DNA from: Betaproteobacteria bacterium
GTDB taxonomy: Bacteria; Pseudomonadota; Gammaproteobacteria; Burkholderiales; JACQAP01
Length of the DNA: 49,326 bases
Direction: 5' to 3'
NCBI GenBank assembly: GCA_025351455.1
Contig: JANXVW010000264.1
Coordinates: forward strand, 1-49,326
Under the pieces are notes generated by a model. It did no database searches. It had not been told where the DNA came from and saw only the letters and a list, made by a program, of their open reading frames with translations. Below, piece by piece: positions 19,020 through 28,977 of this stretch. A program made the translations under genes and the position numbers. Numbering within the stretch: position 1 is the stretch's first letter; each line of letters starts with the position of its first letter.

Positions 19020-20333
19020 TTACCAGCAGATGCCTTCATAGACGCCATTGACGCTGCGCGAATCGGTAACGCGCACCAGGTCGATGATGGATTGTCCGTC
19101 GCCGAGGCGCCTGGGCACATCGCGGAACTCCGCCGCCGAGTTGCCGATGACGATGGTGCGGGCGTGGTCGAGAACCTCGTCGATGCTGGAGACCATCAGC
19201 CGCGAGATATGCGGGATGTGGTTGAGAATGTAGTCGCGATTGGCGCCGTGGATACGCGCGAGGTTGACATTCCTGTCGTATATCCGCAGGTCGTATCCCT
19301 TGCCGATCAGGCGCTCGGTCAGATCCACCACCGGGCTCTCGCGCAGATCGTCGGTGCCCGCCTTGAAACTGAAGCCGAGTATGCCGACCTTTTTGCTGCC
19401 CATCTCAATCACGGCCCGCACGCCGCGCTCGAGCTGCTGCTCGTTGCTGGGCAGGATAGCGGAAAGGATGGGAACGGCAACGTCGAGCGTTTTCGCCTTG
19501 TACAGCAGGGCGCGCAGATCCTTCGGCAGGCACGAGCCGCCGAAAGCATAACCGGGTTTCAGGTAGTACGGCGAGAGATTGAGCTTCGTGTCCTGGCAGA
19601 AAATATCCATCACGCGATGGCTGTCCACCTCGACGCCCTTGCAGAGGTTGCCGATTTCGTTGGCGAAACCGACCTTGAGGGCATGCCAGGCATTGTCCGC
19701 GTACTTGACCATCTCGGCGGTTTCGACGTCGGTACGAATGAGGGGCGCGGTAATGCGCGCGTACAAGGTGGCCAGCAGATCCCCGCTGGCGCGGTTGAGT
19801 TCGCCGATGACGGTTTTGGGCGGATTGTAGTAATCGTGTACTGCGGACCCTTCGCGCAGGAATTCGGGGTTGATGCAAACGCCAAATTCCACGCCGGCGC
19901 GCCGTCCGGACGATGCTTCAAGTGCCGGAATCACCACGTTACGCATGGTCCCGGGCAACATCGTGCTGCGAAACACTACCGCCGGCGCACCTTGATGGTG
20001 GCGCAGCGCCGCGCCGATCTGCTCGCAGACGCGCCGCACGAATTTGAGCTCGATATCGCCGTTCGCGCGGCTTGGCGTTCCCACACACACGATGGAAAGA
20101 TCGGCCTGCCCGACCGCGGCGGCCACGTCCGTGGTCGCGGCCAGGCGGCCGGCCGCCACCTGCTTCTCGATGATCGACCCGACGTCCTTTTCGATGATGG
20201 GCGATTTGCCGGCGTTGATCAGGTCGACTTTGGCAGGCTCCGGATCGACGCCGATGACTTCATGGCCTTCCTGGGAGAGACAGGCTGCCGATACCGCCCC
20301 GACGTATCCGAGGCCCAGGACGCAAATTCTCAT
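19020..20333 (-). CDS. algD: GDP-mannose 6-dehydrogenase-like (UDP-glucose/GDP-mannose dehydrogenase family)
   Basis: 'GLGYVG', 'CVGTPS', 'NPEFLRE', catalytic 'FGGSCLPKD', 'SFKAGTDDLRESP', and C-terminal 'EGICW' as in AlgD. Start ATG 20333. Confidence 0.85.
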   Translation of the reverse strand: MRICVLGLGYVGAVSAACLSQEGHEVIGVDPEPAKVDLINAGKSPIIEKDVGSIIEKQVAAGRLAATTDVAAAVGQADLSIVCVGTPSRANGDIELKFVRRVCEQIGAALRHHQGAPAVVFRSTMLPGTMRNVVIPALEASSGRRAGVEFGVCINPEFLREGSAVHDYYNPPKTVIGELNRASGDLLATLYARITAPLIRTDVETAEMVKYADNAWHALKVGFANEIGNLCKGVEVDSHRVMDIFCQDTKLNLSPYYLKPGYAFGGSCLPKDLRALLYKAKTLDVAVPILSAILPSNEQQLERGVRAVIEMGSKKVGILGFSFKAGTDDLRESPVVDLTERLIGKGYDLRIYDRNVNLARIHGANRDYILNHIPHISRLMVSSIDEVLDHARTIVIGNSAAEFRDVPRRLGDGQSIIDLVRVTDSRSVNGVYEGICW

Positions 20334-20544
20334 TTTTCCTCCCTTGATTGCGACGCGGTAAGCCGCACCGTGTTCCGATGCAAGCCACGAATGGGCAAAA
20401 ACCACCGCGTAACGCGAAAGGCATGCAGCCGGTCGAGAGTGCGGCGCGCGCCTTTTCGGCGTACGTTCAGGCCCCGGATACAGCATAGGAAAGGGATGGT
20501 GACGCGCGTTCCGCGGGCACCCGCGGCGCGGTAGTCCGAATGGC

Positions 20545-22599
20545 TCAGCAAGTGATCTCCGTGCGCAGAACTGCGTCACGCATGAACCGGGCGTGCCATA
20601 CGATTGCCGGGGCCGGGCGTTTCTGGTCGAAGCGCCGCGACACCCAGCCCTGAACTGGCGCCGTGCTGCCGTGATACACCTGCACCGACGCACCCGCGGC
20701 CCGAGGCAGCTTCAGCGAAATGGACCTGCCGCCGTGATGCAAGGTGAAGCCGTCCGCCGCGGCCTCGGGCTGGCAGCGCTCGCTGCAATGGAAAAACAGA
20801 TCGATGTCGTGTTCGCCCGCCATCTGCAGGCTGTCTTCGATGACCACACGCCGTGAAACCTTGTCGAGCGCAATGCGCCGCCGGTGCATCACGGGATCCG
20901 GCAGCCGCATGAATCCGTCGTGCCAGCCCTCGAACAAATCCTCTTCCGCCGCCGACGTCCACAGGTTGCAGCCTGCGCGCGCCTTGTGCAGCCACATGAA
21001 GTTTCCCCCAGGCTGCGATTGATCCTGCCCGTCGATGCAAACGGTGTTGTGAGCCGCGGTTCCGCGAAAATAGCGGCGCCATGGCGCTTCGGTGTGATAG
21101 GCAAACGTTCCCGGATCGATCAGGAATTCCAGGCCGCCGACCGACATGGTAAAAGCGAGCGCATCGGCATGTCCGTGCGCGGCGATCGTCTGATAGCCCA
21201 GCGGTCCGGCGTCGGCGATCAGGCGGATTTCGTCCTTGCCCTCGAAATCGCAACCGAGTATGTAGTAACCGCCCTCGGAAAATGCCTGCCGCACCGGCAG
21301 CCGCGCTTCCTTCGTGGACAAGCCGTCGAACAATGCATCCGCCTCTTCCCCCATGAGCCAGCGGGTCTTGTCGTCGAGCGCACCTGCTTTCAACTTGAAG
21401 TCGCCGCGGCCAAACAGCACTGCGCCGGTCGCAAGCAGGGACTGGCAGGCCGAGATGGCGCCGCCTTCGGAGAGCCTGACGACCAGCCCGTCATCGGCAT
21501 CGCCGAGCATCGGGACATTGCCCCCCGCGTCCATGATCGAAGCGAGAAACTCGAGCATCGCCTCGATGCGCGCTTCGTAGGCGACCGAGAACCACTGTCC
21601 ATTGGCCTTGCCGGCAAACAACGTGAACAGCATCAGGTCGAGGACGAACTGCTGATACGACGCGGACTGTTCCCGGCTCACGCCGTCGGGCGCGATCTGC
21701 AGCGAAGCTTCCCTTTCCAGGATCGTCTTCGCCTCGCGCACCCATTCGTCCGCACACGCCCAATGGGGCCAGGTCAGGGCGGCGATGAACAGGCCTGACG
21801 CCTCACCGATCAAATGATTGTTGGCGGAGGAATGCAGCGAGAGATGACCACGCACGAACTGCGCATGCTGGTGGATCGATTCGAGCCAGCGTTGCCGCAG
21901 GCGCTCGCCCTGGACGCCGTGGAACAGCGGGGAACGTGTTCCGCCGAGGAGTTGCCACGCAACCGACCAGTTGATCAACCTGATCGCCACCTCGAGCGCG
22001 CTCGCCCAGTTGGGGCCCATGCGATAGGGACAAACGGCGAACCAGCTTTCCAGGTGCTGCCGCAGGACATGGAAATGCTTCGTATCGCGGCTCAGCGTAT
22101 AGGCCTGCGCCAGCGTCACGAGATGCAGATGCCGATTGGGCTCCCAGAGATACTTGATGTCTCCCACCAGCCGCGGATTGCGGTAGTCGAGCAGCTTGCC
22201 GAAACTGAGCGGCGCTTCCACGCCCGTCTTGGGATCGCGGTTCCAGCGCGGCGGCGAGCCCAGATCCGCGTCGCGCAGGGCGAACACATCCAGCCTGCCG
22301 GCTGCAATACGGTCGGCCGCGTCAAGATAGGGCGTGGCATCGACTCTTGCCCGGGCATGGATCCAGTGGTTTGGCATCGGTGCGAGGTCCGGAGAAGGCA
22401 CACGCGGCGAGCCAAGCAGGCCGATCCGCTCCAGATGCATTGCCAGCGAGCGCAGGATGCGATGTGCAATCTCCGGCACCGTCATGCAGCGCAGCCGGTT
22501 GAGCCGCCACTTCAAGCGCTCCTTTATTTGCTCGACCCTGGCAGCGAGCGCGTGCCTGCTGTGACTGTCCTTGCCGAAGCCCAGAACACCCGGATTCAT
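20545..22599 (-). CDS. Heparinase II/III-like (alginate lyase-like) protein
   Basis: 'GDIKYLWEPNRH', 'ANNHLIGE', 'HGHADAL', 'DPGT..Y', 'FRGTAAHNTV'. Confidence 0.85.
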   Translation of the reverse strand: MNPGVLGFGKDSHSRHALAARVEQIKERLKWRLNRLRCMTVPEIAHRILRSLAMHLERIGLLGSPRVPSPDLAPMPNHWIHARARVDATPYLDAADRIAAGRLDVFALRDADLGSPPRWNRDPKTGVEAPLSFGKLLDYRNPRLVGDIKYLWEPNRHLHLVTLAQAYTLSRDTKHFHVLRQHLESWFAVCPYRMGPNWASALEVAIRLINWSVAWQLLGGTRSPLFHGVQGERLRQRWLESIHQHAQFVRGHLSLHSSANNHLIGEASGLFIAALTWPHWACADEWVREAKTILEREASLQIAPDGVSREQSASYQQFVLDLMLFTLFAGKANGQWFSVAYEARIEAMLEFLASIMDAGGNVPMLGDADDGLVVRLSEGGAISACQSLLATGAVLFGRGDFKLKAGALDDKTRWLMGEEADALFDGLSTKEARLPVRQAFSEGGYYILGCDFEGKDEIRLIADAGPLGYQTIAAHGHADALAFTMSVGGLEFLIDPGTFAYHTEAPWRRYFRGTAAHNTVCIDGQDQSQPGGNFMWLHKARAGCNLWTSAAEEDLFEGWHDGFMRLPDPVMHRRRIALDKVSRRVVIEDSLQMAGEHDIDLFFHCSERCQPEAAADGFTLHHGGRSISLKLPRAAGASVQVYHGSTAPVQGWVSRRFDQKRPAPAIVWHARFMRDAVLRTEITC

Positions 22600-22839
22600 G
22601 CCTCTGCCTCTTGATCGCTACGATTCGGCCGGTCGAACCGGCGGGGCGACGAATGCCGCGCCCCATGAGCATGCGCTCGGGCAACTATCGCGAGCGCCAT
22701 CGCAGCATAGGCGGGCATTGATGAAGCCCGTCGTGCACAAGACGGGGGCGACAGTAGTCTGATCGGAACTGCGAACCGGCATTGGGCCGGCGGCGGACAT
22801 GCGTGCATCCTGAACTTGACCATGGATGGATGGCGCGCG

Positions 22840-23973
22840 TCAGGCGAGGCAGCCCGCGTACAATTTTCGAAAATCGTCCGCGAGCCGGCCCACGGTGTAA
22901 TGTTCCAGCGCCCGTTGCCGGGCTGCACCGGACATGCGAAACAGGCCTGTCCGGTCGTCATCGAGGGCGGCCACGGCCATTGCGAGCGCTGACGCATCGT
23001 TCGCCGGCACGAACAGTCCGTGTTCCCCGTCCCGCATCACATCCGGGATCGCAGCCACGGATGTAGTGACTGGTACGCAGCCCGCGGCCATCGCCTCCAG
23101 CAAAGAATACGGAAGCCCTTCCCTGTGGTAGGTCGGAAAAACAAACACATCTGAATCCAGCCAGAGACGCCATTTTTCCGCGCCGAACACGCTGCCGAGA
23201 AACCGGATGCGATCTCCCAGGCCGGCTTGCAGCGAAGCGGCCATTAACGCGGCCTGATCTTCACCCTCGCCGGCGATGCAAAGCTCGATCTCGCGTCCGG
23301 CGCGTTTGAGTTCCGTCATGGCCGCGATAACCTCGAACAGTCCCTTGGTGCGCACCAGCCGGCCAACATAGACAAGTTTCAGCGGCCTGTGCGCATTGCA
23401 CGAGCGAGTCCAGCCGGCGAGGCCCGCCGGATCAATGGCATTGGGGACCAGATGAACCCGGATTCGTGGATCAAATTTCCGGTAGGCCGCCAGTTCCGCG
23501 CTGGACAGCACCGATACCGCGTCGCTCGACACGAGAAAGCGTCGCAGTACCCAGGTCAGGAACCGATTGCCCCGAAAAAAATCAGCGGGCATTGCCCCGC
23601 CGTGGATCTGGTTCACCACACGCCGCCCGAGCAATCGGGCAACGGTCAGGTAGACGAGGTCCCGCCAATAGGCCTTCGGCTCGAGCGATGTGTTCAGATG
23701 AATGACCTGCGCTCCGGTGCGCAGCAGGAGCAGAGCCAGGTGCAGTGGGCTCAGAGCAAATCGGGTGAACTTCTGCAGCGCCGTCTCCCGGCGCCCCTCG
23801 CTGCCAACCTGAAAATGCAGCAGCTCATACTCGCGCGCGAGCGCGGATGCAAAAAGTATCCGCACGTGAGTCGACACGCCGCTGACGGCTTCGAGGGACG
23901 GGCTCAACAGCACGATCTTGCGCTTGTCGGCCGCAACCGCACGTCGATGGGCCGTGAGGTGGTCCGGGCTCAT
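22840..23973 (-). CDS. GT4 glycosyltransferase
   Basis: 'YVGRLVRTKG', 'EGLPYSLLEAMAAG'. Start uncertain (23973 or 24084). Confidence 0.88.
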   Translation of the reverse strand: MSPDHLTAHRRAVAADKRKIVLLSPSLEAVSGVSTHVRILFASALAREYELLHFQVGSEGRRETALQKFTRFALSPLHLALLLLRTGAQVIHLNTSLEPKAYWRDLVYLTVARLLGRRVVNQIHGGAMPADFFRGNRFLTWVLRRFLVSSDAVSVLSSAELAAYRKFDPRIRVHLVPNAIDPAGLAGWTRSCNAHRPLKLVYVGRLVRTKGLFEVIAAMTELKRAGREIELCIAGEGEDQAALMAASLQAGLGDRIRFLGSVFGAEKWRLWLDSDVFVFPTYHREGLPYSLLEAMAAGCVPVTTSVAAIPDVMRDGEHGLFVPANDASALAMAVAALDDDRTGLFRMSGAARQRALEHYTVGRLADDFRKLYAGCLA

Positions 23974-24070
23974 GCCGCTACCGGCCGCTCGCGCAAAGGA
24001 CGGGCGCGGTCCGGCTTCGCCTTGGCGATGGGACCACCGCGCCGGGATCGGGCGGTCGGCGCGGCGATTT

Positions 24071-25939
24071 TCATGCCCCGGCATATTGTCGGTGCCAGAT
24101 CTCGAGGTTCAGAAGCGCCCACAGCACCTTCTCGTGGTTCTGCCTGCCCTCGACGTGCTCGGCAAGAACATTGTCGAGGGCCTTCGCATCGAAATAAGTC
24201 CTGGTCATCGACGCTGCGGACTGCAGGTGATCCATCAGGTATTCGCGCATTTCCGCGCGGAACCAGCGGTTCACGGGCACGCGGAAACCTGCTTTGGGAC
24301 GCGTCAGGATGCGCTCCGGCAGCAGCCGTTTGCCCGCTTCGCGCAATATCCATTTGGAGCACTTTCCCCGCACCCGGTAATGGTCCGGCAGCGAAGAAGC
24401 AAATTCAGCGAGTTTGTGATCGAGGAAGGGAACGCGCGATTCGATCGAGGCCGCCATGCTCATGCGGTCGCCCCGCTCGAGCAGATTGTCCGGCAGCCAG
24501 CTGGTCTGGTCGAAGTAGAGGATGCGCCTCAGCGCGCTGCTTCGCGGGTCGGCGTCGAACGGCGGCGCATCGCCAACCGGCGATCCGTTCAGGCGCAGAA
24601 CCGAGAGGTGGTCGCGCTCGCTGCGGTTCAGCGCACCGAACCAGCGTATGTAGCGCTCGCGCCAGTCCTCGATGTTCAGGTTCGTGACGGCCGTTTTCAG
24701 GCGGCGAAATTCATAGGGCAGCGCGTGGGCGAGCGGCGCGATGAGGCGATGGCGCACGCAACCCGGCAGCACCTGATAGCTCTGCGCAAAGCGTTCGAAA
24801 ATATGCTTCGGGTAGCCGCCGAGTACTTCGTCGCTGCCCTCGCCGGTGAGCACCATCTTGACGCTGCGCGCGGCTTCGCACGCGAGCATGTATATGGGAA
24901 TGTCGGACGGTTCAGCCACGGGCGCATCGCGGAACGCGACCAGCCGGGGAAGCTTGTCCATGATGTCGCGATCGGTGACGATCAGTTCATGGTGATCGGT
25001 GCCGAAATGCCGGGCGACCTCGGCCGCGTAGCCCAGTTCGCTGTATCCGTCCTCGGCGAAGCCCACCGAGAATGTCTTTACCGACGTATTGTGCCGGCTC
25101 ATCAGCGCCACGATCGTCGAGGAATCGAGCCCACCGGACAGGAACGCGCCGAACGGCACATCGCTCACCATCTGCATTTTGACGGCGCCGTCGAGGCGGG
25201 ACAGGAAGTTTTCGACGGCATCGGGTCGCGGTTGCGTGACGGCACGCAGAGTGCGATCGGGCGCCGACCAGTAGCGCTCTTCCCTGAGTTTGCCGTGTTC
25301 CCAAACAGCGAATGTTCCTGGCATCAACTTGCGGATGCCGCTGAACAGGGTCTTGGGGCCCGGCACGTAGCGATAAGCCAGGTAGTCCCAGACGGACTGC
25401 AGGTCCACTGCGGGCGTGATGCCGGGAATGCGCAGCAGCGCCTTGATCTCCGACGCAAAGTACAGCCCGCTGCCGTCTTCGTACAGGTACAGCGGCTTTT
25501 CGCCGAACCGGTCGCGGGCCAAGAAGAGGCGCTGGTTGCGCGCATCCCAGATCGCAAACGCAAACATGCCGCGCAAGTGGCGCACGACGTCGTTTCCCCA
25601 GTGCTGGTACGCACGCAGGAGCACTTCGGTGTCGGAGTCGCGCCTGAAAATATAACCGAGCGAACCGAGCTCCTTGCGCAGCTCGCGGAAATTGTAGATC
25701 TCGCCATTGAAGGTCAGCGCGAGGCCGGCGTCGCACATCGGCTGGTGCGCGCCTTCCGGGTCGATGATCGCCAGGCGCCGGTGTCCGAGGAAGACCTGGT
25801 GTCCGGTGGTGGCACAGACCAAGGCGCAAGTGCCCTGGCCATCCGGGCCGCGATGGGCAATCGCCTGCAGCATCGACTCGAGCGTTTGTACCGAAAGCAT
25901 GCGCTCCGGCTTCGTGATCCAACCTGCAATTCCGCACAT
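24071..25939 (-). CDS. asnB: Asparagine synthase (glutamine-hydrolysing)-like amidotransferase
   Basis: N-terminal 'MCGIAG', 'HRGPD', 'GHRRLAIID', 'FNGEIYNF', 'LSGGLDSS'. Confidence 0.93.
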   Translation of the reverse strand: MCGIAGWITKPERMLSVQTLESMLQAIAHRGPDGQGTCALVCATTGHQVFLGHRRLAIIDPEGAHQPMCDAGLALTFNGEIYNFRELRKELGSLGYIFRRDSDTEVLLRAYQHWGNDVVRHLRGMFAFAIWDARNQRLFLARDRFGEKPLYLYEDGSGLYFASEIKALLRIPGITPAVDLQSVWDYLAYRYVPGPKTLFSGIRKLMPGTFAVWEHGKLREERYWSAPDRTLRAVTQPRPDAVENFLSRLDGAVKMQMVSDVPFGAFLSGGLDSSTIVALMSRHNTSVKTFSVGFAEDGYSELGYAAEVARHFGTDHHELIVTDRDIMDKLPRLVAFRDAPVAEPSDIPIYMLACEAARSVKMVLTGEGSDEVLGGYPKHIFERFAQSYQVLPGCVRHRLIAPLAHALPYEFRRLKTAVTNLNIEDWRERYIRWFGALNRSERDHLSVLRLNGSPVGDAPPFDADPRSSALRRILYFDQTSWLPDNLLERGDRMSMAASIESRVPFLDHKLAEFASSLPDHYRVRGKCSKWILREAGKRLLPERILTRPKAGFRVPVNRWFRAEMREYLMDHLQSAASMTRTYFDAKALDNVLAEHVEGRQNHEKVLWALLNLEIWHRQYAGA

Positions 25940-26051
25940 TTTTATTCTCGATTGGCGGGCGCGGCCGGTTTTGCGTCCGCGCCTTCAGGATGCGGGATCG
26001 GGAAAGGCAGCGCGGCAGGCACAGGCAATTCAACGCAACGGGCGGCCTGCA

Positions 26052-27743
26052 TCATGGACGCACATCGAAGGCATCGATTACGGTATAGGACCCCGCGCTG
26101 GTCACCACGATCTTCAGCTTGTGCGTGCCGGCGGGCAGCCCGTCGGTTCTGAAGATGGTGGTCTGGTAGGCCTCGGTTCCCACGGCCAGCGTTCCCGGGG
26201 GCGCCGGCGCCAGATACGTATCGACGTGTTTCACCAGGACGTCATCCAGGAATATGTCCGCGGACCCGGTGCTGAGCTTGCGGCAACCGATCCAGCTCAC
26301 CGACGTTCCGCTGAACGTGAAGGTGACGTTCGCGCCCGCTTTGGCGGATTCGGCTACGGCTCCTTCGCTCCAGGCTCGGTTGATGTTCGGCCAGATCCAG
26401 TCACCGGGACTGTAGACGACCGCGGGATCTTTTTCCTGATAGCGTCTTCCCGGCGTCGTCACGTCGAACGCGTCCACCACGACCTGGGCACTCGTCGACA
26501 GCGGATTTTTAAGGCCCGTTGCCTCGACCGTCAGCGTATGGATCGCATCCGTCAGTCCGGTTGCCGTGAACACGACGTCCTGGATTTTGTTCGTGGGGAA
26601 ATACGTGTCGACTAAAGTGGCTGCGCCGCCGTCCACCGTTACGCTGGCGATGCCGCCGCTGGGGCCGCGATAGCCGCTCCAGCTGATCGCCGTGCCCCTG
26701 AATGTCAACACGGCTTTTGCGCCTGGCGTCGCGGACGTGCGCGCGCCGCCGACCGGCGGATCGGGAACAGTGGCAGCTCCGCCGCCACTCCAGGCGATGC
26801 TGGAATCTGCCTGGGCCCAAACGCCGGTGAAGGCTACGTCCGGATCCGTTTCCTGCAAATGCGACACCACGGGTGCCGGCACGTCAAAGGCATCCACCAC
26901 GACGGCGTTTCCAAGCGACTCCGCGTTTCTGTGGTCGGCGACCTCGATCGTCAGTACATGGCGGCCCGCGCTCAGGCCGTTCACCGTGAAGGCGGGCGTG
27001 TGAATTTCTTCCGTCCGCGCGAACAGATCCACCTCGGATACCAATACACCGTCCACTTTGACGATGCCGATGCCGCTGCTGCCGTTGCGATTGCCGATCC
27101 ACGTGACGGAAGTTCCGGTAAAGGTGAACGAGGCAATCGCCCCCGGCACTGTGGATTGCACAGCCGTTCCGCCGCTCCACGCAAAATAGTACGGGCTGAG
27201 CTGCGTCCATGCGCCGCTGAAACTCACCGCGGGATCTGTTTCCTCGACGCGCCCCGCGACCGGGGGTTGCGTCGTATTTTCCACGATGACGGAGACCAGC
27301 ACGGAGGTCACCACCGTGCCAGCGATGTCGCGCGCGCTGGCCGTGAGCGTATGCGGGCCGTCGCTCGCGGTGGTCGTATCCCATGCCGCCGAGTACGGCG
27401 CGTCCGTATCTTCTGTGCCGAAGTTCGCGCCATCCACCTGGAACTGGACACCGGCCGCTGCGACGCCGCCCGTTACCGCAGCCGTCACATCGACGCTGCC
27501 CGAAACAATCGCCCCGGCTGCGGGCGAAGTGATGCTGACCGCCAGCGGCGCGGGGTTACCGCCGCCGGTCGGGGGAGCGGGCTCGTCACCGCCTTTGCCC
27601 CCGCCGCAGGAAACCAGCGTGCCCGCAATCAGCAAAGCTGCGAGGCCCGGCAGCCTCTGCGCGAGGGCCGGGTGCCGGCTCCTGCCCTGGTTGGGAGGGC
27701 ACCGGCCGATGGCAGTACAGACTGCCTGCAGGAATTTCCACAT
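26052..27743 (-). CDS. Lipoprotein with an Ig-like domain and three tandem beta-sandwich (CBM-like) repeats
   Basis: Lipobox 'LVSC-GGG'; Ig-like 'VQFQVDG...APYSAAWDTT...DGPHTLTASARD'; three repeats of 'E(T/K)DP...AWS.G...TF.GT...W.G.R...DAFDV'. Confidence 0.75.
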   Translation of the reverse strand: MWKFLQAVCTAIGRCPPNQGRSRHPALAQRLPGLAALLIAGTLVSCGGGKGGDEPAPPTGGGNPAPLAVSITSPAAGAIVSGSVDVTAAVTGGVAAAGVQFQVDGANFGTEDTDAPYSAAWDTTTASDGPHTLTASARDIAGTVVTSVLVSVIVENTTQPPVAGRVEETDPAVSFSGAWTQLSPYYFAWSGGTAVQSTVPGAIASFTFTGTSVTWIGNRNGSSGIGIVKVDGVLVSEVDLFARTEEIHTPAFTVNGLSAGRHVLTIEVADHRNAESLGNAVVVDAFDVPAPVVSHLQETDPDVAFTGVWAQADSSIAWSGGGAATVPDPPVGGARTSATPGAKAVLTFRGTAISWSGYRGPSGGIASVTVDGGAATLVDTYFPTNKIQDVVFTATGLTDAIHTLTVEATGLKNPLSTSAQVVVDAFDVTTPGRRYQEKDPAVVYSPGDWIWPNINRAWSEGAVAESAKAGANVTFTFSGTSVSWIGCRKLSTGSADIFLDDVLVKHVDTYLAPAPPGTLAVGTEAYQTTIFRTDGLPAGTHKLKIVVTSAGSYTVIDAFDVRP

Positions 27744-27789
27744 GGTTTACCCCTTTTGTGGGAGCGGCACGCGTTCCGGAACGGCTCAG

Positions 27790-28875
27790 CTAACGGCCGC
27801 CCGAGGCAACTTCGGCCGGCGGCATTTCGTTTTGCGCCGGCGCCCCCGCCGCAAGCTTCGCGACATACCAGTCGAGCGCGCGCACCAGCCCCTCGTTCAG
27901 CGTCCGGACGGGCCGATAACCGAGAAGTCGACGTGCCTTGCCGATATCGGCCCGCGACAGGCGCACGTCGCCGGCACGGAACTCGCGGTACACGGGACGC
28001 AGATCGCGCAGATGGGGAAAACGCGGCTCGAGCAGCGAGCGGAGCGTTTCGAACAACTCGTTGAGCGTGCTGCCTTCGCCGACTGCGACGTTGTACACCT
28101 GGTCGACCGCATCGGGGTCGCCGGCTGTGGCGGCCAGCAAGTTGGCCTGGACCACGTTGTCGACGTAGCAGAAATCACGCACGGTTTCCCCATCGCCGTT
28201 GATGAAAAGCGGATCGTTGCGGATCATCGCGGCGATCCACACCGGGATGACCGCCGCGTAGGCGCCGCCAGGATCCTGGCGCGGCCCAAAGACGTTGAAG
28301 TAGCGCAGGCCGATGGTTTCGAGCCCATAGCAGCGTGCGAAGACCCCGGCATACAACTCGTTCACGTATTTGGTCAATCCGTATGGCGACAGCGGCTTGC
28401 CGATTTCGGACTCCTTTTTCGCATGCGCGGGATCGTCGCCGTAGGTGGCGCTCGATCCTGCGTAAACGAAGCGCAATACACCCGCCCCGTGCGCGGCGGT
28501 CAGCATGTTGAGGAAGCCCGCAATGTTGGTATCGTTGGCGTCGATCGGATTGGCGATCGACTGCGGCACGCTGCTCAGTGCGGCCTGGTGCAACACCAGT
28601 TCCACGGATCGGCATGCCAGGCGACAGGTCGCCAGCGAGCGGATGTCTCCCTCGATGAATTGAAAGTTTCTCCACTGTCTTTCACCGACGGCGTCCCTCA
28701 CCTGGGCGAGGTTATCGCCGCTTCCCGAGGAGAAATTATCCAGCCCGACCACACGCTGGCCCAGGACGAGCAGGCGTTCGAGTAAATGGGAGCCGATAAA
28801 TCCCGCCACACCAGTAACCAGCCAGGTTTGTGGACGACTCCGCAGGTGATCCTGGGTTTCTTCGTACATATCCAT
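27790..28875 (-). CDS. UDP-GlcNAc(A) 4-epimerase (WbpP/TviC-like SDR)
   Basis: '[12 protein letters not shown]', 'HQAALSSVP', '[14 protein letters not shown]', '[20 protein letters not shown]'. Confidence 0.88.
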   Translation of the reverse strand: MDMYEETQDHLRSRPQTWLVTGVAGFIGSHLLERLLVLGQRVVGLDNFSSGSGDNLAQVRDAVGERQWRNFQFIEGDIRSLATCRLACRSVELVLHQAALSSVPQSIANPIDANDTNIAGFLNMLTAAHGAGVLRFVYAGSSATYGDDPAHAKKESEIGKPLSPYGLTKYVNELYAGVFARCYGLETIGLRYFNVFGPRQDPGGAYAAVIPVWIAAMIRNDPLFINGDGETVRDFCYVDNVVQANLLAATAGDPDAVDQVYNVAVGEGSTLNELFETLRSLLEPRFPHLRDLRPVYREFRAGDVRLSRADIGKARRLLGYRPVRTLNEGLVRALDWYVAKLAAGAPAQNEMPPAEVASGGR

Positions 28876-28977
28876 GTCCGCCCCTATTCCTTTTCCAAGC
28901 GCAAGGCACCAGTCTCGGCTGCCAGCATGTCGTGCCTCTACCCGCCCCCATGGTCCGGATGGATGTCTGCGGCGCCG

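Noticed and set aside
18363-20534. 723-aa plus-strand ORF
   Set aside because: Antisense to the methyltransferase and algD-like genes; no motifs.
23918-26152. 744-aa plus-strand ORF
   Set aside because: Antisense shadow of asnB.
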